NCBI GenBank assembly: GCA_964563155.1
Contig: CAZLVL010000007.1
Span: forward strand, 6,389 to 70,388
Source of the DNA: an uncultured Clostridiaceae bacterium
GTDB taxonomy: Bacteria; Bacillota; Clostridia; DUPQ01
DNA: 64,000 nt
Direction: 5' to 3'
Every line of letters starts with the position of its first letter. Within the stretch, counting starts at the first letter, position 1. A model generated the notes under the pieces. The model searched no databases and was not told where the DNA came from. It saw nothing but the letters and a program-made list of their open reading frames with translations. The position numbers and the translations under genes are program-made. Below are positions 10,323-19,146 of this stretch, piece by piece.

Positions 10323-10565
10323 ATGAAAATAACAGTATGTATAGGAAGTTCATGTCATTTAAAGGGATCTAGACAGGTAGTAGAGTCATTACAATACCTT
10401 ATAGGAGAGCATAACTTAAAAGACGAGATTGATTTATCTGGTACCTTTTGTATGAACAATTGTCAAAATGGAGTTTGTGTTACCTTGGATGAAGAATTCT
10501 ATTCTCTCTCCCAAGATACGGTTAAAAGCTTTTTTGAAACAGAGGTCTTGCCTAAGATTAAATAG
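10323..10565 (+). CDS. thioredoxin-like [2Fe-2S] ferredoxin (HfsA-like small Fe-S subunit)
   Basis: KITVCIGSSCHLKGS...GTFCMNNCQNG gives a four-Cys thioredoxin-like 2Fe-2S pattern (NuoE/HymA-like). GAGGAG RBS precedes ATG at 10323. Confidence 0.7.
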   Translation: MKITVCIGSSCHLKGSRQVVESLQYLIGEHNLKDEIDLSGTFCMNNCQNGVCVTLDEEFYSLSQDTVKSFFETEVLPKIK

Positions 10566-10735
10566 AGTGTCTGATAAATATTTAAAAGTAAGAAAGCAAG
10601 AAAAGAAGAAAAGATAATATTGGTCACTTAAGAGAGACAAAATTGAGAAAAAAGAGTCTTCCTCTCTTAAGATGAGCCAAAATGAGTGAAAAGTAGAAAA
10701 CAAAAGATTAAAAAAGATAGAAGGTGGACATATAA

Positions 10736-12412
10736 ATGAAAGAATTTTTAAGATTTAAAAAATCCAATTGTAAAAACTGCTATAAATGCATCAGGCATTG
10801 CCCAGTAAAATCCATAAGGTTTTCTGGTAACCAAGCCCATATTATGGGAGATGAATGCATTTTATGTGGCCAATGCTTTGTTGTGTGTCCCCAAAATGCC
10901 AAAGAAATATCTGATAACAGAGAAACTGCTAAGGTAATGATAGCATCCAAAGTACCAGTTATAGCCAGTGTCGCCCCTTCTTTTGTAGCCAATTACAATG
11001 GCATGGGCATAAAGGCTTTAGAAAAGGCCCTACAAAAGTTGGGTTTTCATAGTGCTGAAGAAACAGCTATTGGGGCTAAGTTGGTAAAAGATGAATATGA
11101 CAAAATGCTAAAGGCAGAAGAAAAAGATATCATTATTACCTCTTGTTGTCACAGTGTTAATTTACTAATACAAAAACATCATCCAAAAGTTTTACCCTAT
11201 TTAGCAGATGTCTTAAGTCCCATGTTAGCCCACAGTCTGGATATTAAAAGAAGATATCCTGAGGCAAAAACCATATTTATTGGACCTTGCTTAGCTAAAA
11301 TGGATGAGGCTGATAGATACCCTAGAATAACCGACTGTGTTTTAACCTTTGATGATTTAACAAAATGGTTTGAAGAAGAAAAAATCCAACTAGACGAAGT
11401 AAGAGACCTAGAAGAAGAAAGTAAAACCAGATTGTTTCCCACAGCGGGAGGAATCTTAAAAACCATGGCTTGTGAAAACCAAAACTACACATATATGGTC
11501 ATAGATGGAATTGAAAACTGCAAGGCAGCTATTAAGGATATTGAAAGTGGCAATTTAAGCAAATGCTTTATAGAGATGTCTGCCTGTAAGGGGTCTTGTA
11601 TTGATGGTCCAGTTATGGAAAAGTATCATCCAACTCCCATAAGAAGCTTTAAAGAGGTAAATAATTATGCAGGTAAAAAGGACTTTTTAGTAAAGCCCTT
11701 GCAAGAGGGAAGTATAAGGATGGGTTATGCTCCCATTGAGATAGAATCTTCCATGCCCTCAGAAGAAGAAATAATCAGTATTTTAGGTCAAATTGGAAAG
11801 AAGAAAAAAGAAGATGAATTAAACTGTGGCTCATGTGGATATGACACTTGTAGGGAAAAAGCAATTGCAGTTCACCGAGGAAAAGCAGATTTTACTATGT
11901 GCTTACCCTTTTTACAGGCTAGATCTCAAAGCTTTTCTGACACAATTATTGGAAATACCCCCAATGGCATATTAGTACTAAACGAAGATTTAGAAGTACA
12001 ACAAATAAACAAGGCAGCCATGAAGCTAATGAATATTAGAAGTGTATCTGATGTAGTAGGAGAGCCTGTAGTAAGAATACTAGACCCTAAGGACTTTTTA
12101 GAGGTTAAACTGACAGGAAAAATCATAAGAGACAAGGTTACATATTTAGCAGATTATGATAAATACCTAGAAATGACCACCTTACACGATAGGGAGTACA
12201 AGATAATCCTTTGTATTATGAGAGATGTCACTGATTACTACAAGGATAAGGCCAAAAAAGAAGTTATTAGTAAGCGAACCATTGATACAGCTGACAAGGT
12301 AGTGGAAAAGCAAATGAGAGTAGTTCAAGAAATAGCCTCTCTCTTAGGAGAAACAGTAGCTGAAACCAAGGTAGCTTTGACAAAGCTGAAGGAGACCATA
12401 TCTAATGAATAA
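10736..12412 (+). CDS. sensory-type [FeFe]-hydrogenase with C-terminal PAS domain (HfsB/HydS-like)
   Basis: N-terminal 2x[4Fe-4S] region (CKNCYKCIRHCP, CILCGQCFVVCP). H-cluster motifs: L1 variant ITSCCH, L2 GPCLAK, L3 EMSACKGSCIDGP. An extra Cys-x2-Cys-x4-Cys cluster. C-terminal PAS-like segment (GNTPNGILVLNEDLEVQQINKAAMKLMN). Confidence 0.8.
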   Translation: MKEFLRFKKSNCKNCYKCIRHCPVKSIRFSGNQAHIMGDECILCGQCFVVCPQNAKEISDNRETAKVMIASKVPVIASVAPSFVANYNGMGIKALEKALQKLGFHSAEETAIGAKLVKDEYDKMLKAEEKDIIITSCCHSVNLLIQKHHPKVLPYLADVLSPMLAHSLDIKRRYPEAKTIFIGPCLAKMDEADRYPRITDCVLTFDDLTKWFEEEKIQLDEVRDLEEESKTRLFPTAGGILKTMACENQNYTYMVIDGIENCKAAIKDIESGNLSKCFIEMSACKGSCIDGPVMEKYHPTPIRSFKEVNNYAGKKDFLVKPLQEGSIRMGYAPIEIESSMPSEEEIISILGQIGKKKKEDELNCGSCGYDTCREKAIAVHRGKADFTMCLPFLQARSQSFSDTIIGNTPNGILVLNEDLEVQQINKAAMKLMNIRSVSDVVGEPVVRILDPKDFLEVKLTGKIIRDKVTYLADYDKYLEMTTLHDREYKIILCIMRDVTDYYKDKAKKEVISKRTIDTADKVVEKQMRVVQEIASLLGETVAETKVALTKLKETISNE

Positions 12413-13577
12413 CCTTTGTACCGATGTAGGATACAACAGTCTGAATAAATACCAAGAACTTTTATGTGGAGATTATATTGAATTTATAAATCAAGATGAA
12501 GGTACTAAGGTTCTAGTTTTAGCAGATGGCTTGGGTTCTGGTGCAAAGGCCAATATCTTATCTACCCTTACAGCTAAAATAATCTCTACCATGATGGCAG
12601 AGGGCTGTTCCATAGAAGAATGTGTAAAAACCATTGCTGAAACCTTGCCAGTCTGCTCGGTTAGGGGCATTGCCTATTCTACCTTTACCATAATTCGCAT
12701 AGTTAACAATGAATATGCAGAAATAATATGTTATGACAATCCTCAGGTCATTCTTTTAAGAGATGGTAAATCCTATGATTTTCCTAAAAATCTTATACAA
12801 ATAGATGGTAAAGATATTTATCAGTCTCGTATTGAGCTTTTGGAAAACGATATATTTATAGCCCTAAGTGATGGGGTCATCCATGCAGGTATTGGAAACA
12901 GCTTAAACTTTGGTTGGCTAAGAGAAGATATTATTTCTTTTATGGAAAATATTTACCATGCAGGCTTTACTGCAAAAACCCTATCTACCATTCTTTTAGA
13001 TGAATGCTTTGCCCTTTATGGGGGGCAACCTGGAGATGATACCAGCGTTTGTGTTTTAAGAATCAGAAAAAGAGAACCGGTTAATCTTTTAATAGGACCT
13101 CCCCATAACAGGCATGACTGTAACAAGATGATGTCTCTATTCTTTTCTAAAGAAGGAAAACACATTGTCTGTGGAGGAACAACCTCTAATATTGCTGCAG
13201 ATTTCTTGAAAAAACCCCTAATACCCAATTTGGATTTCTTTGACCCAGAAATTCCACCTACAGCAGAGATTGAAGGGGTAGATTTGGTTACAGAAGGAGT
13301 AATTACCATAAACAAGGTTTTAGAGTATGCAAAAGATTACCTTTTGACCAACAACTCATACAAGCACTGGAACTACAAAAAAGATGGGGCTTCTAAGGTT
13401 TCTAGAATGCTGTTTGAAGAGGCAACAGATATAAATTTCTATGTAGGTAAGGCTGTAAATCCTGCCCATCAAAATCCAGATTTGCCAATAAATTTTAGTG
13501 TAAAAATGCAATTAATTTCCGAATTGTCCAAGTGTTTAGGACAAATGGGTAAGAATATAAAAGTTAGTTATTTTTAG
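12405..13577 (+). CDS. PP2C-type (SpoIIE-like) serine phosphatase (HfsC-like)
   Basis: LVLADGLGSGAKANILS and downstream Asp-rich metal-binding segments are typical of PPM phosphatases. Overlaps the upstream gene by 8 nt. Confidence 0.75.
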   Translation: MNNLCTDVGYNSLNKYQELLCGDYIEFINQDEGTKVLVLADGLGSGAKANILSTLTAKIISTMMAEGCSIEECVKTIAETLPVCSVRGIAYSTFTIIRIVNNEYAEIICYDNPQVILLRDGKSYDFPKNLIQIDGKDIYQSRIELLENDIFIALSDGVIHAGIGNSLNFGWLREDIISFMENIYHAGFTAKTLSTILLDECFALYGGQPGDDTSVCVLRIRKREPVNLLIGPPHNRHDCNKMMSLFFSKEGKHIVCGGTTSNIAADFLKKPLIPNLDFFDPEIPPTAEIEGVDLVTEGVITINKVLEYAKDYLLTNNSYKHWNYKKDGASKVSRMLFEEATDINFYVGKAVNPAHQNPDLPINFSVKMQLISELSKCLGQMGKNIKVSYF

Positions 13578-13587
13578 GAGGGATAAA

Positions 13588-15015
13588 ATGAGAAAATTTG
13601 ATACAAAGGTTCAATTGTTAAAGTATAAGGTATTAAAGGAAGTTGCAAAACATGCCTGGCAGGATACCCTATTAGAATCTTTAACAGATATTCCCAAAAC
13701 TATTATCCCTGGTGAAGATGCAACCATGAGATGTTGTGTCTATAAAGAAAGGGCAATACTCAACGAAAGAGTAAAGCTAGCCATGGGTGGAGATAAGAAT
13801 AATCCTAATGTTATTGAGGTTATAGATATAGCCTGTGATGATTGTCCAGTAGGGGGCTATGAAGTATCTCAGGCTTGTAGGGGCTGTATTGCTCACAGAT
13901 GTGAAGATGTTTGTCGCTTTGGGGCCATTACCTTTGATTCCTCACAAAAAGCCCATATAGATAAAAGTAAGTGTGTAGAGTGTGGAATGTGTGCCAAGGT
14001 ATGTCCCTTTAGTGCCATTATGAATCATAAAAGGCCCTGTGAAAGAGCATGTAAGGTAAAAGCTATTTCTATGGATGAAAAAAGAGCTGCTTGTATTGAT
14101 AATGACCAATGTACAGCTTGTGGGGCCTGTGTATATCAATGCCCCTTTGGTGCCATAACAGATAAATCATACATTTTAAATGTAATTGATATCTTAAAAA
14201 AGAGCCAAGATAATGAAAAACACAAGGTATATGCAGTGGTTGCTCCCTCTATCTCCAGTCAGTTTTCCTACGCCAAGTTGGGACAAGTTATTTCAGGTAT
14301 AAAAGAATTAGGTTTTTATACTGTAGTAGAAGCAGCCCTTGGTGCAGACATGGCAGCTGATTTAGAAGCTAAAGAACTATATGAAAAAGGCTTTCTCATA
14401 AGTTCATGCTGTCCTTCCTTTGTACATTACACAAAAAAAGAGTTCCCAGAACTGGCTGACAGCATTTCTCACAACCTATCACCAATGGCCATTATTGCTA
14501 AATATATTAAAGAAACAGACCCTACAAGTAAGATTGTATTTATAGGGCCCTGTACTGCAAAAAAGGCTGAGTTTAAAATACCTGAAGTTAATAAATATAT
14601 AGATAGTGTTCTTACCTTTGAAGAACTTCAAGCCCTTTTTGACAGCAAGGAAATGGACATAAATACCTTGAAAGAAGATGTCTTAGACAATGCTTCCTAC
14701 TTTGGTCGTATTTTTGCCAGATCCGGTGGTCTTTCAGATGCCATAAGACAAGCCATAAGAGAAAATGGCTTGGATGAAGAAAAATATGACCCCATAGCTT
14801 GTGATGGCATTGAAGAGTGTAGAAAAGCACTACTAAAAGCTAAAAGCAAGGTTTTAAAGAATAACTTCATAGAAGGCATGGCCTGTGAAGGGGGATGTAT
14901 TGGTGGAGCAGGATGCTTAACCCATGGCCCTAAGGATAAAAGCGAAGTGGATAAGTATGGAATGGAAGCCTATGAAAAAAAGATATCCCACGCTATAAGC
15001 ATGATAAAACTCTAA
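13588..15015 (+). CDS. [FeFe]-hydrogenase catalytic protein with N-terminal ferredoxin-like clusters (HfsD-like)
   Basis: Several CxxCxxCxxxCP ferredoxin motifs. Canonical H-cluster motifs L1 SSCCPSF, L2 GPCTAKK and L3 EGMACEGGCIGGAGC. Confidence 0.8.
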   Translation: MRKFDTKVQLLKYKVLKEVAKHAWQDTLLESLTDIPKTIIPGEDATMRCCVYKERAILNERVKLAMGGDKNNPNVIEVIDIACDDCPVGGYEVSQACRGCIAHRCEDVCRFGAITFDSSQKAHIDKSKCVECGMCAKVCPFSAIMNHKRPCERACKVKAISMDEKRAACIDNDQCTACGACVYQCPFGAITDKSYILNVIDILKKSQDNEKHKVYAVVAPSISSQFSYAKLGQVISGIKELGFYTVVEAALGADMAADLEAKELYEKGFLISSCCPSFVHYTKKEFPELADSISHNLSPMAIIAKYIKETDPTSKIVFIGPCTAKKAEFKIPEVNKYIDSVLTFEELQALFDSKEMDINTLKEDVLDNASYFGRIFARSGGLSDAIRQAIRENGLDEEKYDPIACDGIEECRKALLKAKSKVLKNNFIEGMACEGGCIGGAGCLTHGPKDKSEVDKYGMEAYEKKISHAISMIKL

Positions 15016-15175
15016 GAGTCCATATTATGCTCTACTGGTTACATAGTCACGGTTGTTTTACCTCTGGCAAGATATAACAAAGTGGCTTTGTAATCAGTTT
15101 TTTTATCTTAAAACTTACAAACAAATTCCTTTTATCATCATAGATTAATTTGATATAATAAAAACGGAGATAAAA

Positions 15176-15418
15176 ATGTTTGTATTTAAAGCAGCAAAAC
15201 TTATACCTAAATTATCAAAAACCCTTTCTCTTCCAAAGGTTGCATTTTTTGGACCCTTTACTTTTTTCTACTACCTAATTACCTTTGTATCCATATATTT
15301 AGGTGTTCGTATGTCTAAAAAGGCAGGAAAAAGATTTTGGATATATTTATCTGCCATCCCCAGCCTTATTTTACTCATTCTTATTCCTATTCTTAGAATA
15401 GTTAAGAAAATTTGGTAA
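15176..15418 (+). CDS. small two-TM membrane protein, hypothetical
   Basis: 80 aa hydrophobic ORF. GGAG RBS sits 7 nt upstream of the ATG. Confidence 0.35.
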   Translation: MFVFKAAKLIPKLSKTLSLPKVAFFGPFTFFYYLITFVSIYLGVRMSKKAGKRFWIYLSAIPSLILLILIPILRIVKKIW

Positions 15419-15545
15419 TGTGTCTTTGTCACTGAAAATATTCTATAAAAGAAGTAGGATATCCCTTGATATTTAGATAACCAGAAGGATTTGGTAGAAA
15501 GGAAAATCCAATTGCTTTGTAAGTTGATTGGATTACGCATGGACA

Positions 15546-15950
15546 ATGAATAAAAAAAATTGGTTAATACTATTAAGCCTATTTATTATCGCTACACTGG
15601 TGCTAGGAGCTTGTAGTGTTCAAAAGGTAGAAAAAAATACATACAAACAAATTAGTGCCAAAGAGGCAAAAGAATTAATGGATACCCAAGAAGGTTACAT
15701 AATCTTGGACGTTAGAACAAGAGCTGAGTATCTTGAAGGCCATATACCCAATGCTGTGCTTTTACCCAATGAAAGTATAGGAAGCACACCAATTGAGCAA
15801 TTGCCAGATAAGGATCAGTTAATCTTGGTCTATTGTAGGTCTGGTAATAGAAGCAAACAGGCTTCTGCCAAATTAGTAAATCTAGGCTATACAAATGTGC
15901 ATGAGTTTGGGGGCATAGGTAGTTGGCCCTATGATATTGTTAAGGATTAA
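15546..15950 (+). CDS. single-domain rhodanese (sulfurtransferase) lipoprotein
   Basis: Lipobox LVLGAC. Rhodanese fold with the active-site CRSGNRS loop. Start codon uncertain (15528 or 15546). Confidence 0.7.
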   Translation: MNKKNWLILLSLFIIATLVLGACSVQKVEKNTYKQISAKEAKELMDTQEGYIILDVRTRAEYLEGHIPNAVLLPNESIGSTPIEQLPDKDQLILVYCRSGNRSKQASAKLVNLGYTNVHEFGGIGSWPYDIVKD

Positions 15951-16013
15951 TTCTAAATATACATTTAGTTTAGATAGTAATAGAGGATAAGAGGATAAGG
16001 GGAGGATGTTGTT

Positions 16014-17495
16014 GTGAAGAAATATGACTATATTATTATAGGTAGTGGAAGTGGCCTTATGGTTTTAGAGGCTGCTTTGAGTTATGGAAAAAAGTGTGCC
16101 CTAATAGAAAGCTCAAAACTAGGAGGGACCTGTTTAACCAAGGGTTGTATACCCTCTAAGATGCTGGTTTATCCAGCAGATTTAATAAGAGAGACCCAAG
16201 ACTCTTCTCAAATAGGTCTAAGCTATTCTAAACCTCAAGTAGATTGGGATTTAATATCTAAAAGGGTTTGGGAGCAGATTGATTACAATAAAAATATTGA
16301 AGAGAGCCTTAAAAGAACTAGCAATGTAGATTTATATAAAGGATATGGGGAGTTTATTGACGACCATACCCTAAGAGTCAAATATGCTGATGGTAGCTAT
16401 AGTGAAGAGTTAATTGGGGAAAATATAGTTATATCTGTAGGTGCAAGAACCAATATCCCACCTATTGAAGGCCTTGAACAAGCAGCCTATGTTACAGCTG
16501 AGTCCTTTTTTGGTCCAAAGTATCCTAAGAAGATATATAACCGTTTGGCAATTTTAGGGGCAGGTGCCATAGGTACAGAGTTTGCCCATATATTTTCTGC
16601 TTTAGGAAGTAAGGTTACCCTAATTGAAGCCTTACCTAGAATCTTAAGTCTTGAAGAGCCTGAAGTAAGTCAAGTGGTTGAAAACCAACTTACACAAGAC
16701 GGGATTGATATTAAAAAGGCAAGTCTTGCAAAAAAGGTTACCCTTAACGGGGACACAAAGGTCCTTCATCTAGAAAAATCTGATGGTAGCACTGAATTGG
16801 TAGAGTGTGATGAGATATTTATAGCTACAGGGGTAAAATCCAATGGAGATTTATTAAAAATTGAAAACACTAGTTTAGATATAAATATGAAAAACTACAT
16901 AATCACCAATGAACAAATGGAAACAAATGTAGAGCACATTTATGCAATAGGTGATATAAATGGAAAATTCCAGTTTAGACATACTGCCAATAAAGAGGCT
17001 GAAATTTTAGTTCACAACCTATTTATAGATAGTAAAAACAAGAAGTCGGTAAATTATCATGCTGTGCCTTGGGCTGTTTTTACTCATCCTCAAGTTGCCC
17101 ACGTGGGTATGACAGAAGAAGAGGTAAAAAATTGCACAGATTCTTACAAGGTGGGCTACAACCACTATTCTGATATAGTTGCAGGAATTTCTATGGGGTT
17201 TAGTGAAGAATCAGATGTTAATGGCTTTGTAAAACTCATTGTTGGACCAAACAAATCTATTCTAGGAGCTTCTATAGTAGGACCCAATGCTTCTGTTTTA
17301 ATTCAACCCTACGTATACTTAATGAACTGTAATCAAAAATGTGACCAAAAACCAAGAAGGAAACAAAAGGTAGAATTCGATAGTGCAAGAATGATGTGTC
17401 CTCATCTAGGTACCTATACTCCAATGGATGACTCTATGGTAATTCATCCTGCCATGAGTGAGTTAACTGCCTGGGTAACAGAGAGTTTGGAATAA
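16014..17495 (+). CDS. FAD-dependent pyridine nucleotide-disulfide oxidoreductase (class I, Lpd/GR/MerA-like)
   Basis: GTG start 7 nt after AAGGGGAGGA. FAD dinucleotide-binding fold IIIGSGSGL. Redox-active disulfide GGTCLTKGCIPSK. Second Rossmann fold LAILGAGAIGTEF. C-terminal HP dimer-interface motif. Confidence 0.8.
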   Translation: MKKYDYIIIGSGSGLMVLEAALSYGKKCALIESSKLGGTCLTKGCIPSKMLVYPADLIRETQDSSQIGLSYSKPQVDWDLISKRVWEQIDYNKNIEESLKRTSNVDLYKGYGEFIDDHTLRVKYADGSYSEELIGENIVISVGARTNIPPIEGLEQAAYVTAESFFGPKYPKKIYNRLAILGAGAIGTEFAHIFSALGSKVTLIEALPRILSLEEPEVSQVVENQLTQDGIDIKKASLAKKVTLNGDTKVLHLEKSDGSTELVECDEIFIATGVKSNGDLLKIENTSLDINMKNYIITNEQMETNVEHIYAIGDINGKFQFRHTANKEAEILVHNLFIDSKNKKSVNYHAVPWAVFTHPQVAHVGMTEEEVKNCTDSYKVGYNHYSDIVAGISMGFSEESDVNGFVKLIVGPNKSILGASIVGPNASVLIQPYVYLMNCNQKCDQKPRRKQKVEFDSARMMCPHLGTYTPMDDSMVIHPAMSELTAWVTESLE

Positions 17496-17542
17496 TGTTT
17501 ATTAATAAGAAAGAAGTAAAGAAATAAAAAATAGAAATCAAT

Positions 17543-17565
17543 AAAAAAGGCCATAGGCCTTTTTG
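17543..17565. terminator. bidirectional rho-independent terminator between convergent genes
   Basis: AAAAAAGGCC-ATA-GGCCTTTTTT: a GC stem flanked by A- and T-runs. Confidence 0.7.
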
Positions 17566-17641
17566 TTTGTAATATTTTCTTTATATGAATTCTTTATATA
17601 TATATTCTTTGTATATGAATTAAATATAAGTTAATGGATAG

Positions 17642-18889
17642 CTAGCCAATTATGGCCATTTCAATGTAGTAGGCAACAACACCTACAATTGCTGCTGGAA
17701 TTGTGTTAATTACAGTTGCCCAAAAGGCAGCTTTTCTATCCATGGCAATAAGGGGGAAAAGAGCATCACCATCTTGTGATATGCCGTTAGCCAAAAGAGC
17801 TGCAAAGGGAAACATTCCCTTTATGTATAGGGAAACAAAGATAACTTGGGGTCCACAACCTGGAATAATTCCTACCAGCGCCCCTATTAAAACAGAGGTA
17901 AGTCCAGCAGAAACCATAAAGCCAGCGATGACTTGTTCACCACCCATTAGATAAACTGAAAATTCATAAACAAAATATGCTGCAAAGACCCAGGTTCCAA
18001 CAAAGGCTGTCTCTTGGGCATTGTGGGCTAGGGTTTCTTTAAAGGATGAAAGTTTATGTTCCTCATCTTCATGGCTTTGGGCCTTGATAATTTTCTTTGA
18101 AAATATCATGTATAAAACAACCACAACAGTACCAACTATTCCCATAATCTTACCTGCATTGGGTAAATTGGGTATGTTATTCAAATCAATTTGGGTTAGT
18201 TCAACTATTCCAAAGGCAAAACCAATGGTGATAATAAACCAAAAGACTATGTAGTAGTTATGTGCTAACTTGTATCCAACCGAATGAGGATTCAATGGTT
18301 TTCTATGGTGAAGTAAAAGGTCAATTTCATCTCCTTCTTCATGACCAATATGCTTAATGTTACAAGAACGACAATACTCGTCAGTGTCTGAAAAAAGTGC
18401 GTCCATCTCTTTTTCAGCTTTAAGATGCTTTTCATCTATATTGTTAAAAGTCTTTCTGGAAGATCTTTTTTGAACCCAATCTCCAATCTTGAAAAAGTCA
18501 ACAATGTATCCAGTTACAACCCCAACAATAAAGCATAAAACTGTTAGTAAAATAAAGTCTTTGGGTGCTTGGGTCATTGTTACAAAGGCGGAATCTCCAG
18601 CAGTTGCAATTAAGGTTGCGATTATTGCTCCAAAGCTAACTGAGCCTTTCATGTATAAGGGCATTAAGAAAATTGAGCCACCACAGCCTGGAATAATTCC
18701 TAAAAGGGCTCCTATGAGAGGCTGTAACTTTTTTGAACCTTCAATTGATTCTACGAATTTCCCTTGACCTAAAAAGTCTATAGAGCCAAAAAGCAGGAGC
18801 ACTGCCCCTACAAAACCAGTAACTTGGATAAAAGACCCTTCTGCACTTACCAGAAAAATGTTCCAGATATCCTTAAGTATTTGTACCAT
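17642..18889 (-). CDS. internally duplicated polytopic membrane protein with twin GIIPGCG motifs and a Cys/His-rich cytoplasmic loop; putative anion/metal(loid) transporter
   Basis: 415 aa. The N-half (LIGALLGIIPGCGGSIFLMPLYMKG) and C-half (LIGALVGIIPGCGPQVIFVSLYIKG) are repeated. The central loop is CRSCNIKHIGHEEGDEIDLLLHH. The motif is reminiscent of TauE/SafE-type GxGGG repeats. Family assignment not secure. Confidence 0.6.
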   Translation of the reverse strand: MVQILKDIWNIFLVSAEGSFIQVTGFVGAVLLLFGSIDFLGQGKFVESIEGSKKLQPLIGALLGIIPGCGGSIFLMPLYMKGSVSFGAIIATLIATAGDSAFVTMTQAPKDFILLTVLCFIVGVVTGYIVDFFKIGDWVQKRSSRKTFNNIDEKHLKAEKEMDALFSDTDEYCRSCNIKHIGHEEGDEIDLLLHHRKPLNPHSVGYKLAHNYYIVFWFIITIGFAFGIVELTQIDLNNIPNLPNAGKIMGIVGTVVVVLYMIFSKKIIKAQSHEDEEHKLSSFKETLAHNAQETAFVGTWVFAAYFVYEFSVYLMGGEQVIAGFMVSAGLTSVLIGALVGIIPGCGPQVIFVSLYIKGMFPFAALLANGISQDGDALFPLIAMDRKAAFWATVINTIPAAIVGVVAYYIEMAIIG

Positions 18890-19146
18890 TTTTTACCTCG
18901 TTAATTTTTTTATAGAACAATAAATCCCATTTTTTATCTTGCTTTTTAATATATTCTCTATATTAACAACATTATGTCTCAATTACAAGTTAATATAGTT
19001 TTGAATAATCGATAGATAAAAGGAGCTTGAGAATCTTTATTAAATATTTGGCTTTTTTATTATATAATGGCATCAGGCAAAAAAATAATATTAAAAGATT
19101 TAGATTTTTGAAGACTATGGTCTGTTAGTTGAAAGTAGGAGAAAAA

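Noticed and set aside
17577-17625. Short direct repeats TTCTTTATATGAATT / TTCTTTGTATATGAATT between convergent genes
   Set aside because: Low-complexity AT-rich intergenic DNA just after a bidirectional terminator. No array-like spacing or CRISPR-type periodicity.
17703-18767. Three plus-strand ORFs (17703..17954, 18021..18254, 18489..18767) inside the membrane-protein gene
   Set aside because: They are antisense to a well-supported 415-aa CDS, with no RBS and no recognisable motifs. Typical shadow ORFs.
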